A DNA stretch of 64,000 nt from Trueperaceae bacterium (GTDB lineage: Bacteria > Deinococcota > Deinococci > Deinococcales > Trueperaceae): assembly GCA_034520945.1 (NCBI GenBank), contig JAXHNB010000006.1:64001-128000 (forward strand). The letters are read 5' to 3'. The notes beneath the pieces are model-generated. The model saw only the letters and a list, made by a program, of their open reading frames with translations. It had not been told where the DNA came from and searched no databases. A program made the position numbers and the translations under genes. Each line of letters starts with the position of its first letter. The stretch's first letter is position 1. Below are positions 32,103-43,681 of this stretch, piece by piece.

Positions 32103-33177
32103 GCTCGAGCTTCAGGGCGTGTCGCACGCCTACGTCGAAGGCGACTACGCGGTGCGCGACATCGACCTCACCTGGGAGGAGGGCGTGGCCAGCGCGCTGC
32201 TGGGGCCGTCGGGCAGCGGCAAGACCACCGTGCTCAAGATCATCTCGGGCCTGTTGCGACCCAGCGAGGGGCGCGTGCTGCTGGACGGCGTCGACGTCAC
32301 CGACCGTTCGCCCCAGGAACGCAACGTCGCGCAGGTGTTCCAGTTCCCCGTGGTGTACGAGACGCTCACCGTGTTCGACAACCTGGCGTTCCCGTTGCGG
32401 AATCAGGGCCAGCGGGGCAGCGCCGTGCGCAAGCGCGTGCACGAGGTGGCCGAGATCCTCGGCCTGGAGGACGTCCTGCGGCGGAACGCCAACCGCCTGG
32501 GCGCCGCCGAGCAGCAGCGGGTGTCGTTGGGCCGCGGCATCGTCCGCAGCGACATCAGCGCCGTGTTGCTGGACGAACCGTTGACCGTCATCGACCCGCA
32601 GGAGAAGTGGCGCCTGCGTCGGCAGCTCCGGGCGCTGCACGGCCGCACCGGCATGACCATGATCTACGTCACCCACGATCAGCAGGAGGCGCTCACCTTC
32701 GCCGACCAGGTGACGGTGATGGACGTCGGCCGGGCGGTGCAGACCGGCAGCCCGCAGGACCTCCACGAGCGGCCGGCGGATCCGTTCGTCGGCTACTTCA
32801 TCGGCAGTCCCGGCATGAACCTGTTCGACGCCCAGCTGGGCGAGGACGGGCTGCACGTGGGCGGCGTTCGCCTGCCGCTGGACGCGGAGGGCCGCGAACG
32901 GCTGGCACCGAACCGTGAGGCGCTGCAGGTGGGCATCCGCCCCGAGTTCGTCGATGCCCGCCCTCAGCGCTTCGACGGCGCCCTCGAGGGTGTGATCGAT
33001 GCTGTCGACATGACCGGCCACGCGTTGATCGCGCACGTGTCCGGCGCGGACCTGACCTTCAAGGCCAAGCTGCCCGAGGACGCGGCCGTGCGGGCGGGCG
33101 ACGAGGTCTGGTTCGCCTTCCCGCCGGCACGCGTCAACGTCTACGCCGACCGCAAACGGGTGGAGGGATTGCCGTGA
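32095..33177 (+). CDS. ABC ATP-binding protein, GlpT-like
   Basis: GPSGSGKTT, VAQVFQFPVVY, DEPLTVIDP.EKW.LR and YVTHDQ. Confidence 0.88.
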   Translation: MARLELQGVSHAYVEGDYAVRDIDLTWEEGVASALLGPSGSGKTTVLKIISGLLRPSEGRVLLDGVDVTDRSPQERNVAQVFQFPVVYETLTVFDNLAFPLRNQGQRGSAVRKRVHEVAEILGLEDVLRRNANRLGAAEQQRVSLGRGIVRSDISAVLLDEPLTVIDPQEKWRLRRQLRALHGRTGMTMIYVTHDQQEALTFADQVTVMDVGRAVQTGSPQDLHERPADPFVGYFIGSPGMNLFDAQLGEDGLHVGGVRLPLDAEGRERLAPNREALQVGIRPEFVDARPQRFDGALEGVIDAVDMTGHALIAHVSGADLTFKAKLPEDAAVRAGDEVWFAFPPARVNVYADRKRVEGLP

Positions 33178-34049
33178 AGCAGAAGGATCAACGCGCCTGG
33201 CTGTTCCTGATCCCCGCCTTGCTGGTGTTGTCCCTGAACGCGTTCATCCCCATCATCACGGTCATCAACTATTCGCTGCAGGACATCCTTCCGGGCCTCC
33301 CACCGGTCCATGTGGGACTCGAGAACTTCAAGGACGTGCTGCGCGATTCCAACTTCCGCGGGGCGCTCGGACGGCAGGTGGTGTTCTCCGCCGTGATTTT
33401 GTTGATCCAGGTGCCGCTCGGCATCCTGGTGGCGCTGGGGATGCCCAAGCGCAGCTGGACGGCGACCCTCGCGCTGGTCACGATCGGCTTGCCGCTGCTG
33501 ATCCCCTGGAACGTGGTCGGCATCATCTGGCGGGTGTTCACCCGCAGCGACATCGGCATCGTGCCGTACCTGTTCAGTTTCCTGAACTACGACTACAACA
33601 TTGCCAGCAACCCGATCGACGCGTACTGGACGATCGTGCTGATGGACGTGTGGCACTGGACGCCGCTGATCGCGCTGCTGTGTTACTCGGGTCTGAACGC
33701 GATCCCCGACGCCTACTACCAGGCGGCCCGCATCGACGGCGCCACGCGCTGGCGCACCTTCTGGGTGGTGACGCTGCCGCGCCTGCGCAGCGTGCTCACG
33801 ATCGGGATCCTGCTCCGGTTCATGGACTCGTTCCGCATCTTCGCCGAGATCAAGATGGTGACCGGCGGGGGGCCGGGCCGGACCACGGCCTTCGTGAGCG
33901 ACCTGCTGGTGAACCGGGCGGTGGGCGGCTTCGAGTTCGGCTACGCCTCCGCCCTGTCGCTGATCTACTTCTTCATCATCATCGTGATCAGCTACGTGTT
34001 CTTCCTGGTGCTCACCCACGCCGGTGGGCGCATGCGGCAGGAGGGGTGA
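33174..34049 (+). CDS. Carbohydrate ABC permease, GlpP-like
   Basis: LPLLIPWNVVG, MDVWHWTPL and YYQAARIDGA (EAA loop). Confidence 0.88.
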   Translation: MKQKDQRAWLFLIPALLVLSLNAFIPIITVINYSLQDILPGLPPVHVGLENFKDVLRDSNFRGALGRQVVFSAVILLIQVPLGILVALGMPKRSWTATLALVTIGLPLLIPWNVVGIIWRVFTRSDIGIVPYLFSFLNYDYNIASNPIDAYWTIVLMDVWHWTPLIALLCYSGLNAIPDAYYQAARIDGATRWRTFWVVTLPRLRSVLTIGILLRFMDSFRIFAEIKMVTGGGPGRTTAFVSDLLVNRAVGGFEFGYASALSLIYFFIIIVISYVFFLVLTHAGGRMRQEG

Positions 34050-34050
34050 C

Positions 34051-34860
34051 GTGAAACGCTTCCTGAACGCACGCACCGTGGGCATGACGCTGTACTTCGT
34101 GTTCCTCGCGGCGCCGCTGGTGTGGATGCTCAGCATGTCGTTCAAGACCAGCAACGAGATTCTGCAGACCCGGAACCTGATTCCCGCCGCGGGGACGCTG
34201 GCCAACTACCGCGAGATCTTCGTCCAACCCGCCTGGCGTGAGGCATTCCTGAACTCCCTGGTTTACGTCGGCCTGAACACGGTGATCACGTTGATCGTGG
34301 CCATCCCCGCGGCGTACGCCTTCTCCCGGTACGAGTTCCGCGGCGACCGGCACCTGTTCTTCTGGCTGCTCACCAACCGCATGGCGCCCGGCGCGGTGTT
34401 CCTGCTGCCGTTCTTCCAGCTGTACTCCAACATCGGCCTGTTCGACACGCCCCTGGCCGTCGCGCTGGCGCACACCCTGTTCAGCGTGCCGCTGGCGGTG
34501 TGGATCCTGGAAGGGTTCATGTCCGGCATTCCCATGGAGATCGACGAGACGGCCTACATCGACGGCTACGCCTTCCCGCGCTTCTTCGTGCGCATCTTCA
34601 TGCCGCTGATCGGGCCCGGCATCGGCGTCGCGGCGTTCTTCTCGTTCCTGTTCTCCTGGGTCGAGCTGCTGATGGCGCGCACGCTGACCGGGACGGCGGC
34701 CAAGCCGATCGTGGTGCAGCTCAGCCGCAGCCTCGGGGCCGAGGGGTGGGACTGGGGCGTGATCGCCGCCGCGGGCGTGCTGATGATCATTCCCGGCGCC
34801 CTGCTGATCTACTTCGTGCGCAACTACCTGGCCAAGGGCTTCGCGTTGGGGAGGGTCTGA
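34051..34860 (+). CDS. Carbohydrate ABC permease, GlpQ-like
   Basis: HLFFWLLTNRMAP, EIDETAYIDG and RNYLAKGFALGRV. Confidence 0.88.
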   Translation: MKRFLNARTVGMTLYFVFLAAPLVWMLSMSFKTSNEILQTRNLIPAAGTLANYREIFVQPAWREAFLNSLVYVGLNTVITLIVAIPAAYAFSRYEFRGDRHLFFWLLTNRMAPGAVFLLPFFQLYSNIGLFDTPLAVALAHTLFSVPLAVWILEGFMSGIPMEIDETAYIDGYAFPRFFVRIFMPLIGPGIGVAAFFSFLFSWVELLMARTLTGTAAKPIVVQLSRSLGAEGWDWGVIAAAGVLMIIPGALLIYFVRNYLAKGFALGRV

Positions 34861-35138
34861 TGGACCTGTCCTGGATGGAGTGGACCTGGCCGACCGCGAT
34901 CTTCCTGATCCTCCTGGCCGCGGGCCTGACCGTGATGTCGATCTGGGACATGTACGTCCCCAGCGTCAAACGCAAGGGGTTCCTGCCCATCCCGTTCACG
35001 CGGGGCGAACGGTTCTTCATCAGCATCGTCGTGTTCTTCGCGGTGATGCTGCTGTGGCTCACGTTCAGCGACGCGTCGCTGTGGTACCCGCTCGCGATCG
35101 CGCTGATCATCGACGTGATCATCGCGCGCTACGGGTAG
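34860..35138 (+). CDS. Small membrane protein DUF2160 (GlpU-like)
   Basis: MDLSWMEWTWPTAIF...RKGFLPIPFTRGERFFIS; sits between permease and binding protein. Confidence 0.82.
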   Translation: MDLSWMEWTWPTAIFLILLAAGLTVMSIWDMYVPSVKRKGFLPIPFTRGERFFISIVVFFAVMLLWLTFSDASLWYPLAIALIIDVIIARYG

Positions 35139-35220
35139 TCATCGTCTCGTGTTTGAGAGGGGGTGATAGAAGGCCGTACACCGGCGCCTGAAGCCTCTCG
35201 ATGCGCGAAGGAGTCAATGC

Positions 35221-36945
35221 ATGAAGACACTGCGATGGTCGCTCGTCCTGGTCGCCCTGCTGTTCGGGGCCGCCCTGGCGCAGAACGACATGGACGCCCG
35301 GATGGAAGCCGCCGAACGCTGGATCGACGAGGAGTTCACCCCCAGCGTGTTCACCCGCGAAGAGCAGCTCGAGGAGATGCGCTGGTTCGCCGAGGCGTGC
35401 GAGCCGTTCCGCGGGATGGAGATCGACTCGACCGCGGAGAACATCCGCACCCACGTGTACGAGTCCGACGTCCTCACGCAAGCGTTCGAGGAGATCTGCG
35501 GGATCGAGGTCACGCACGACATCATCGGCGAAGGCGACGTCGTCGAGCGCCTGCAGACGCAGATGAACTCGGGCGAGGTCATCTACCACATCTACGTCAA
35601 CGACGCCGACCTGATCGGGACCCACCTGCGCTACGGCAGCGCCGTGAACCTGACCGACTTCATGGCGAACGAAGGCGCCGACGTCACCAACCCGCATCTC
35701 GATCTCGAAGACTGGCTCAACCCCGAGTTCGGGCAGGACTACGACGGCAACCAGCTCCAGCTGCCCGACCAGCAGTTCGCGAACCTGTACTGGTTCCGTT
35801 ACGACTGGTTCACCGATCCCGACCTGATGGCGCAGTTCGAAGAGATCTACGGCTACGAGCTGGGCGTGCCGGTGAATTGGGCCGCCTACGAGGACATCGC
35901 CGAGTTCTTCACCGATCACGTCCAAGAGATCGACGGCACCCGCGTGTACGGCCACATGGACTACGGGCGTCGCGACGTCTCGCTCGGTTGGCGCTTCACC
36001 GACGCCTGGATGTCCATCGCCGGCGTCGGCGATACCGGCCTGCCCAACGGCATCCCCGTCGACGAGTGGGGCATCCGCGTCGACCAGTGCCAGCCGGTCG
36101 GCTCCGACGTGACCCGCGGCGGCGCCATCAACGGCCCCGCGGCGTACTACGCGCTGGACAAGTACATCTACTGGCTGCAGAACTACGCGCCGCCCGAGGC
36201 CGGCTCCCTCACCTGGAGCGAGGCGGGCCCCGTGCCCTCGCAGGGCCAGATCGCGCAGCGCCCCTTCCAGTACATCACCTTCCTGTCCGATCCCGCCTTC
36301 AACGACCCCGATAGCCCCGTCACCGACGATGAAGGCAACGTGCAATGGCGCGTCGCCCCCACGCCGCACGGCAAGTACTGGGACGAAGGGATGAAGGTCG
36401 GCTACCAGGACGCCGGCTCGTGGACCATCCTGAACAGCGTCACGGGCGACGAGCGGAAGGCTGCCTGGCTGTGGGCGCAGTTCGCCAGCTCCAAGACGGT
36501 GTCGCTCAAGAAGTTCCTGGTGGGCCGCACGCCGGTGCGCCACTCGACCGTGAACGCCGACTACCTCACCGAACGCATCGACGAGTACGGCGGGCTGATC
36601 GACTTCTACCGCTCACCCCAGGAGCCGCTGTGGACCGACTCCGGCCCCAACGTGCCCGACTACCCGCGCCTGTCGCAGCTGTGGTGGCAGAACATCGCCG
36701 ACGCCATCACCGGCGAAGCCACCGTCGAGGAGGCACTGAACAGCCTCGCGCAGCAGCAGGACGAAGTCATGGGCCGGCTGGAGCGCGCGGGGATGGAGAC
36801 CTGCAGCCCGCGCCTCAACGAGCCGCGCGACCGCGAGTACTGGTTGAACCAGCCGGGCGCGCCCAAGGCCGAACGGCCCGACGAGGAACCGCAGACGGTT
36901 CCCTACGACGAGCTGCTGGCCGGCTGGCAGGAGGAAGCCGAGTAA
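35221..36945 (+). CDS. ABC substrate-binding protein, GlpV-like
   Basis: Signal peptide; QLPDQQFANLYWFRYDWF, YELGVPVNWAAYEDIAEFF and GYQDAGSWT. Confidence 0.88.
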   Translation: MKTLRWSLVLVALLFGAALAQNDMDARMEAAERWIDEEFTPSVFTREEQLEEMRWFAEACEPFRGMEIDSTAENIRTHVYESDVLTQAFEEICGIEVTHDIIGEGDVVERLQTQMNSGEVIYHIYVNDADLIGTHLRYGSAVNLTDFMANEGADVTNPHLDLEDWLNPEFGQDYDGNQLQLPDQQFANLYWFRYDWFTDPDLMAQFEEIYGYELGVPVNWAAYEDIAEFFTDHVQEIDGTRVYGHMDYGRRDVSLGWRFTDAWMSIAGVGDTGLPNGIPVDEWGIRVDQCQPVGSDVTRGGAINGPAAYYALDKYIYWLQNYAPPEAGSLTWSEAGPVPSQGQIAQRPFQYITFLSDPAFNDPDSPVTDDEGNVQWRVAPTPHGKYWDEGMKVGYQDAGSWTILNSVTGDERKAAWLWAQFASSKTVSLKKFLVGRTPVRHSTVNADYLTERIDEYGGLIDFYRSPQEPLWTDSGPNVPDYPRLSQLWWQNIADAITGEATVEEALNSLAQQQDEVMGRLERAGMETCSPRLNEPRDREYWLNQPGAPKAERPDEEPQTVPYDELLAGWQEEAE

Positions 36946-36998
36946 CGCCTTCGAAGACGCGGCGAACCTTCGCTGCAACGTCGTCCGCAAGGTCGACG

Positions 36999-37035
36999 GC
37001 GACACGCCCCGGGGCGATCCCCCGGGGCGTGTCGC
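36999..37035. terminator. Hairpin between convergent glpV-like and citrate synthase genes
   Basis: GCGACACGCCCCGGGG-5 nt-CCCCGGGGCGTGTCGC, 16-bp perfect stem. Confidence 0.7.
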
Positions 37036-37088
37036 ATGGGCGTTGCCAGACGCGCGCCGCGCCGTAGGCGAGCGTCCGCGGGGCGGGC

Positions 37089-38231
37089 TCAGCCGCGCTG
37101 GTCCAGGGGCACGAACCGCTTGCCGCGCTCGCCCTCGTACACCAGCCGCGGCCGCATGATGCGGTTGTTCGCGTACTGCTCGAACAGATGGGCCATCCAC
37201 CCCGCGATGCGAGACACCGCGAAGATCGGCGTGTAGGTGTCCTTCTCGAAGCCCAGCATGCGGTACACCGACGCGCTGAAGAAGTCGACGTTCGGGGCGA
37301 CCTTCTTACCTCGGGCCTCCATCTCGCGGTTCATGACCCGTTCCATCTCCAGGCTCATGTCGAACCAGATCGACGCGCCCGACTCTTCGGCCAGCTGCCG
37401 GCTGACGTTCTTCAAGATCGTCGCGCGCGGGTCCATCACGTGGTACACGCGATGCCCGAAGCCCATCACGCGCCCGTTCTCGGACCCCAACGTGTCCATG
37501 ACGTAGGGCTCTACCCCTTCGACGGAGCCGATCCGTTCCAGCGCCGCCATCACCTTGGCGTTGGCGCCGCCGTGCAGCGGTCCCTTCAACGAGCCGACCG
37601 CGGCGGTGACGGCGCTGTAGACGTCGGTGAGCGACGACGCCGTCGACCGTGCCACGAAGGTGCTGGCGTTCGATCCGTGCTCGGCGTGCAGCACCAACGC
37701 CACGTCCATCACGCGCGCAGCGGCTTCGCTGGGGGCTTCGCCGTTGAGCATCCGCAAAAAGTTTTCGGCCACGCTGGCGGACGGGTCCGGCGCGACCGGC
37801 TCCTTCCCGGCCCGGATCCGCTGGAACGCGGCGACCAGCGCGGGGAACTTCGCGATCAGGCTCAGGCCGATGCGGCGCACGCTGTCGGCGTCGACCGCGT
37901 CGGGGTCGTCGTCGAACGACGCCAGCGCGCTCACGCCCGTGCGGAGGGCGTGCATCGGGTCGGTGCCGGCCGGAAGCGCGTGCAACAGGTCGAGCACCTC
38001 CGCCGGCAGCGCGAAGGCGGGCCCGACGGCCTGCCGGAACCCGTCCAGCTCCTCAGTGGTGGGGAGCTCCCCGGTCCACAACAGGTGGACGACCTCCTCG
38101 AAGCTGGCGTGGTCGGCCAACTCGCGGATGTCGTAGCCGCGATAGATGAGCTCGCCCTTGTCGCCGTCGATGGAGCAGATCTTGCTCGTGTCGACGTTCA
38201 CGCCGTCCAGGCCGCGGAAGATGGTGTCCAT
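37089..38231 (-). CDS. Citrate synthase / 2-methylcitrate synthase family (short, ~380 aa)
   Basis: LIYRGY, HAEHGSNAST, GPLHGGAN, MGFGHRVY and PNVDF. Confidence 0.93.
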   Translation of the reverse strand: MDTIFRGLDGVNVDTSKICSIDGDKGELIYRGYDIRELADHASFEEVVHLLWTGELPTTEELDGFRQAVGPAFALPAEVLDLLHALPAGTDPMHALRTGVSALASFDDDPDAVDADSVRRIGLSLIAKFPALVAAFQRIRAGKEPVAPDPSASVAENFLRMLNGEAPSEAAARVMDVALVLHAEHGSNASTFVARSTASSLTDVYSAVTAAVGSLKGPLHGGANAKVMAALERIGSVEGVEPYVMDTLGSENGRVMGFGHRVYHVMDPRATILKNVSRQLAEESGASIWFDMSLEMERVMNREMEARGKKVAPNVDFFSASVYRMLGFEKDTYTPIFAVSRIAGWMAHLFEQYANNRIMRPRLVYEGERGKRFVPLDQRG

Positions 38232-38431
38232 GGCGTCCTCCGTGTCGATGCGGAGTCGCGTGCCGAAACGGCCGCGACGGATGAGGGGTCGTCCGTCGCG
38301 CCGGACATGCGCCTGGCGCGACGGACGGCAGGGAGGTCCTGCACGATCTCGAGACAGTGTACCGGATGGCCCGCGCATGAGCGCCTGGAGCCAAATGTCC
38401 CGCCGGCCACGAGGGACGCGTTGGCGCCCGA

Positions 38432-41033
<2,602 letters not shown>

Positions 41034-41036
41034 GCG

Positions 41037-42044
41037 ATGACGCAGGCGCAGGCGCCCGAGCCCGCGGTCGCGAAGCGCACCCTCGTCCAGGCGGTGGCGG
41101 ACACGCTGCACGCCGAGATGGCGCGCGACGAGGCCGTTTTGGTCCTCGGCGAGGACGTCGCCAAGCGCGGCGGGGTGTTCCTCGCCACGAAGGGGCTGTT
41201 CGACCGCTTCGGCCCCGACCGCGTCATCGACACGCCGCTGTCCGAAGGGGCCATCATCGGCGCCGCGTTGGGGATGAGCGTTCGCGGTCTCCGGCCCGTG
41301 GCCGAGATCCAGTTCGCCGACTACGTGTTTCCGGGCTTCGACCAGCTGGTGTCCCAGGTCGCCAAGCTCCGCTACCGCTCCGGCGGGCAGTTCGCCGCAC
41401 CCCTGGTGGTGCGTTTGCCGGCGGGCGGGGGCGTCAAGGGCGGCCACCACCACTCCCAGAACCCTGAGACGCACTTCGTGCACACGGCCGGCCTGCAGGT
41501 GGTGTATCCCTCCACCCCGTCCGATACCGCCGGCATGCTCCGCACCGCCATCCGCAACGACGACCCGGTGGTGTTCCTGGAGCCCAAGCGGCTGTACCGC
41601 GCCGTCAAGGAGGACGTGCCGCAGGACGACGCGCACGTCGTGCCGTTCGGGACGGCGGCTGTGCGCCGCCGCGGTGACGACGTGGTGCTGATCAGCTACG
41701 GCGGCAGCATGGCCGAGACGGCCCGCGCCGCCGCGGCCCTGGCCGAGCAGGGGATCGAGAGCACCGTGATCGACCTCCGTTCGTTGATGCCGTGGGACCG
41801 GGACACGGTCCTGTCGGAGGTGGCGCGCGTGGGCCGTTGCGTGCTCATCAGCGAGGGCCCCTACACGCTGGGCTTCATGAGCGAGGTGGCGGCCGAGATC
41901 TCGGGCTCCGTGCTGGATTCGCTGTTGGCGCCGCCGCTGCGTGTCGCCGGCTTCGACACGCCCTACCCCTACGCGCAGGATCACGACTACCTGCCGAGCC
42001 CCCGCCGCATCCTGACCGCCGTGCAGCGGGTGCTCGACTACTGA
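41037..42044 (+). CDS. 2-oxoacid dehydrogenase E1 beta
   Basis: [31 protein letters not shown] and FLEPKRLY. Confidence 0.94.
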   Translation: MTQAQAPEPAVAKRTLVQAVADTLHAEMARDEAVLVLGEDVAKRGGVFLATKGLFDRFGPDRVIDTPLSEGAIIGAALGMSVRGLRPVAEIQFADYVFPGFDQLVSQVAKLRYRSGGQFAAPLVVRLPAGGGVKGGHHHSQNPETHFVHTAGLQVVYPSTPSDTAGMLRTAIRNDDPVVFLEPKRLYRAVKEDVPQDDAHVVPFGTAAVRRRGDDVVLISYGGSMAETARAAAALAEQGIESTVIDLRSLMPWDRDTVLSEVARVGRCVLISEGPYTLGFMSEVAAEISGSVLDSLLAPPLRVAGFDTPYPYAQDHDYLPSPRRILTAVQRVLDY

Positions 42045-42112
42045 CGCCAGCCCGCGGACCCCGAAGCGGCGGGCGTCACCCGCCTGGGCGGGGCCGCCCC
42101 ACGGAGGAGCCG

Positions 42113-43555
42113 ATGTCCCGTACCTTCACCATGCCCGAACTGGCCGAATCGGTGGTCGAGGGCGAGATCGTCAAGTGGCTCGTCGCCGAGGGCGAGCCGG
42201 TCCAGGAGGACCAGCCGCTGCTGGAGGTGATGACCGACAAGGTCACGGTCGAGATCCCCTCGCCCCTGGAGGGCGTGTTGGAGGCGCATCTGGCCGCGGA
42301 AGGGGACGTGGTGCGGGTGGGCGCCCCCCTGGCCCGGTTCGCGGGCGGCGGCGACGCCGAGGCCGCGCACGACGCGGGGCCGATCGAAACGCCTGTCCGC
42401 GGTGGCCGTGCCGGTGCCCCCGAGCCCGAGGCGGGGCCGGACCCCGGCGGCGGCGAAGGGCCCCGCGCCGCCGAGCCGCCGCCAGACGAGGCCGACGACG
42501 ATGCCTCGCTGACGTTGTTCACGGCCAGCAGCACCGTGGACGATGGTCCGCTCCCGCAGGTGCGCAAGCCGTCGCGTGACACGCCGTCCGCACCCGATTC
42601 GGCGGCGAGGCCCCCCACGGGCGCGGCCGGCCCTGCGGCGGCGCGGGGTCCCTACGGACGTCCCCTGGCCGTGCCGGCGGCACGCAGGCGGGCCCGCGAA
42701 CTGGGCGTATCGCTGAACGAGCTGGCCGGGTCGGGACCGCACGGCCGCATCCGCGTGGCCGACGTCGAGGAAGGGACGACGCACGTAGGCGTCGACGCCG
42801 GCGCCAACGGCGGCGGCGTTCGCAGCGCCCTACGGCCCGCGCCGGACGGGCCGGAGGAGACGCGCGAGCCGCTGCGCGGGCTCAGGCGCGTGATCGCGAA
42901 GCAGATGATGGCCAGCCACCTGGGCACCGTGCGGACCCTGCACGTGGACGAAGCGGACATGACCGCGCTGGTGGCGTTGCGCCAGCGCCTGAAGCCGTGG
43001 GCCGAGGCCCGCGGGGTGCGGCTGACCTACCTGCCGTTCGTGCTGCGCGCGGTCACGGCGGCGTTGGCGGAATACCCCACGCTGAACGCGGAGCTGGACG
43101 AGGAGCGCGACGAGGTGGTGCGCTACCGCGACGTGCACCTGTCGCTGGCGGTCAGCACCGAGCGGGGCCTGATGGTGCCGGTGATCCGCGATGCGTCGCG
43201 GCGTGGCGTGCTGGACCTGGCGGCAGAGGCGGGCCGCCTGGCGGAGGCCGCCCGCGAGGGGACGTTGGGCGGCGAGGAGGTCCGCGGCGGCACCTTCAGC
43301 GTCACCAACATCGGCGCCATCGGCGGCACCTTCAGCTTCCCGATCATCCACGCGCCCCAGGCCGCGATCCTGGGGGTGCACGCCATCAAGAAGCGCCCCG
43401 TCGTGCTTCCGGACGACACCATCGCGCCGCGCAGCATGACGTACCTGTCGCTCAGCTTCGATCACCGCCTGGTGGACGGCGCCGAGGCGGCCTCGTTCAC
43501 CAACCGCCTGATCGCGTCGTTGGAGACGCCGGAGACGTTGCTGTTGGATGGGTGA
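42113..43555 (+). CDS. Dihydrolipoamide acyltransferase E2
   Basis: Lipoyl motif EVMTDKVTVE, subunit-binding motif AVPAARRRARELG..GSGPHGRI and catalytic DHRLVDG. Confidence 0.94.
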   Translation: MSRTFTMPELAESVVEGEIVKWLVAEGEPVQEDQPLLEVMTDKVTVEIPSPLEGVLEAHLAAEGDVVRVGAPLARFAGGGDAEAAHDAGPIETPVRGGRAGAPEPEAGPDPGGGEGPRAAEPPPDEADDDASLTLFTASSTVDDGPLPQVRKPSRDTPSAPDSAARPPTGAAGPAAARGPYGRPLAVPAARRRARELGVSLNELAGSGPHGRIRVADVEEGTTHVGVDAGANGGGVRSALRPAPDGPEETREPLRGLRRVIAKQMMASHLGTVRTLHVDEADMTALVALRQRLKPWAEARGVRLTYLPFVLRAVTAALAEYPTLNAELDEERDEVVRYRDVHLSLAVSTERGLMVPVIRDASRRGVLDLAAEAGRLAEAAREGTLGGEEVRGGTFSVTNIGAIGGTFSFPIIHAPQAAILGVHAIKKRPVVLPDDTIAPRSMTYLSLSFDHRLVDGAEAASFTNRLIASLETPETLLLDG

Positions 43556-43629
43556 GGCCGCGTCGTGCCCCGTGCGTGGCGCAGGGCGGCGCGCCACCCC
43601 TGCGGGCGCCGTGGCGGTCCGACGGGCAC

Positions 43630-43665
43630 AGGAGGAAGCCCCGCCAGATGGCGGGGCTTCCTCCT
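43630..43665. terminator. Bidirectional terminator-like hairpin between E2 and ppdK
   Basis: AGGAGGAAGCCCCGCC-agat-GGCGGGGCTTCCTCCT, 16-bp stem. Confidence 0.72.
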
Positions 43666-43681
43666 TCGAAGGGAGTCGGAC

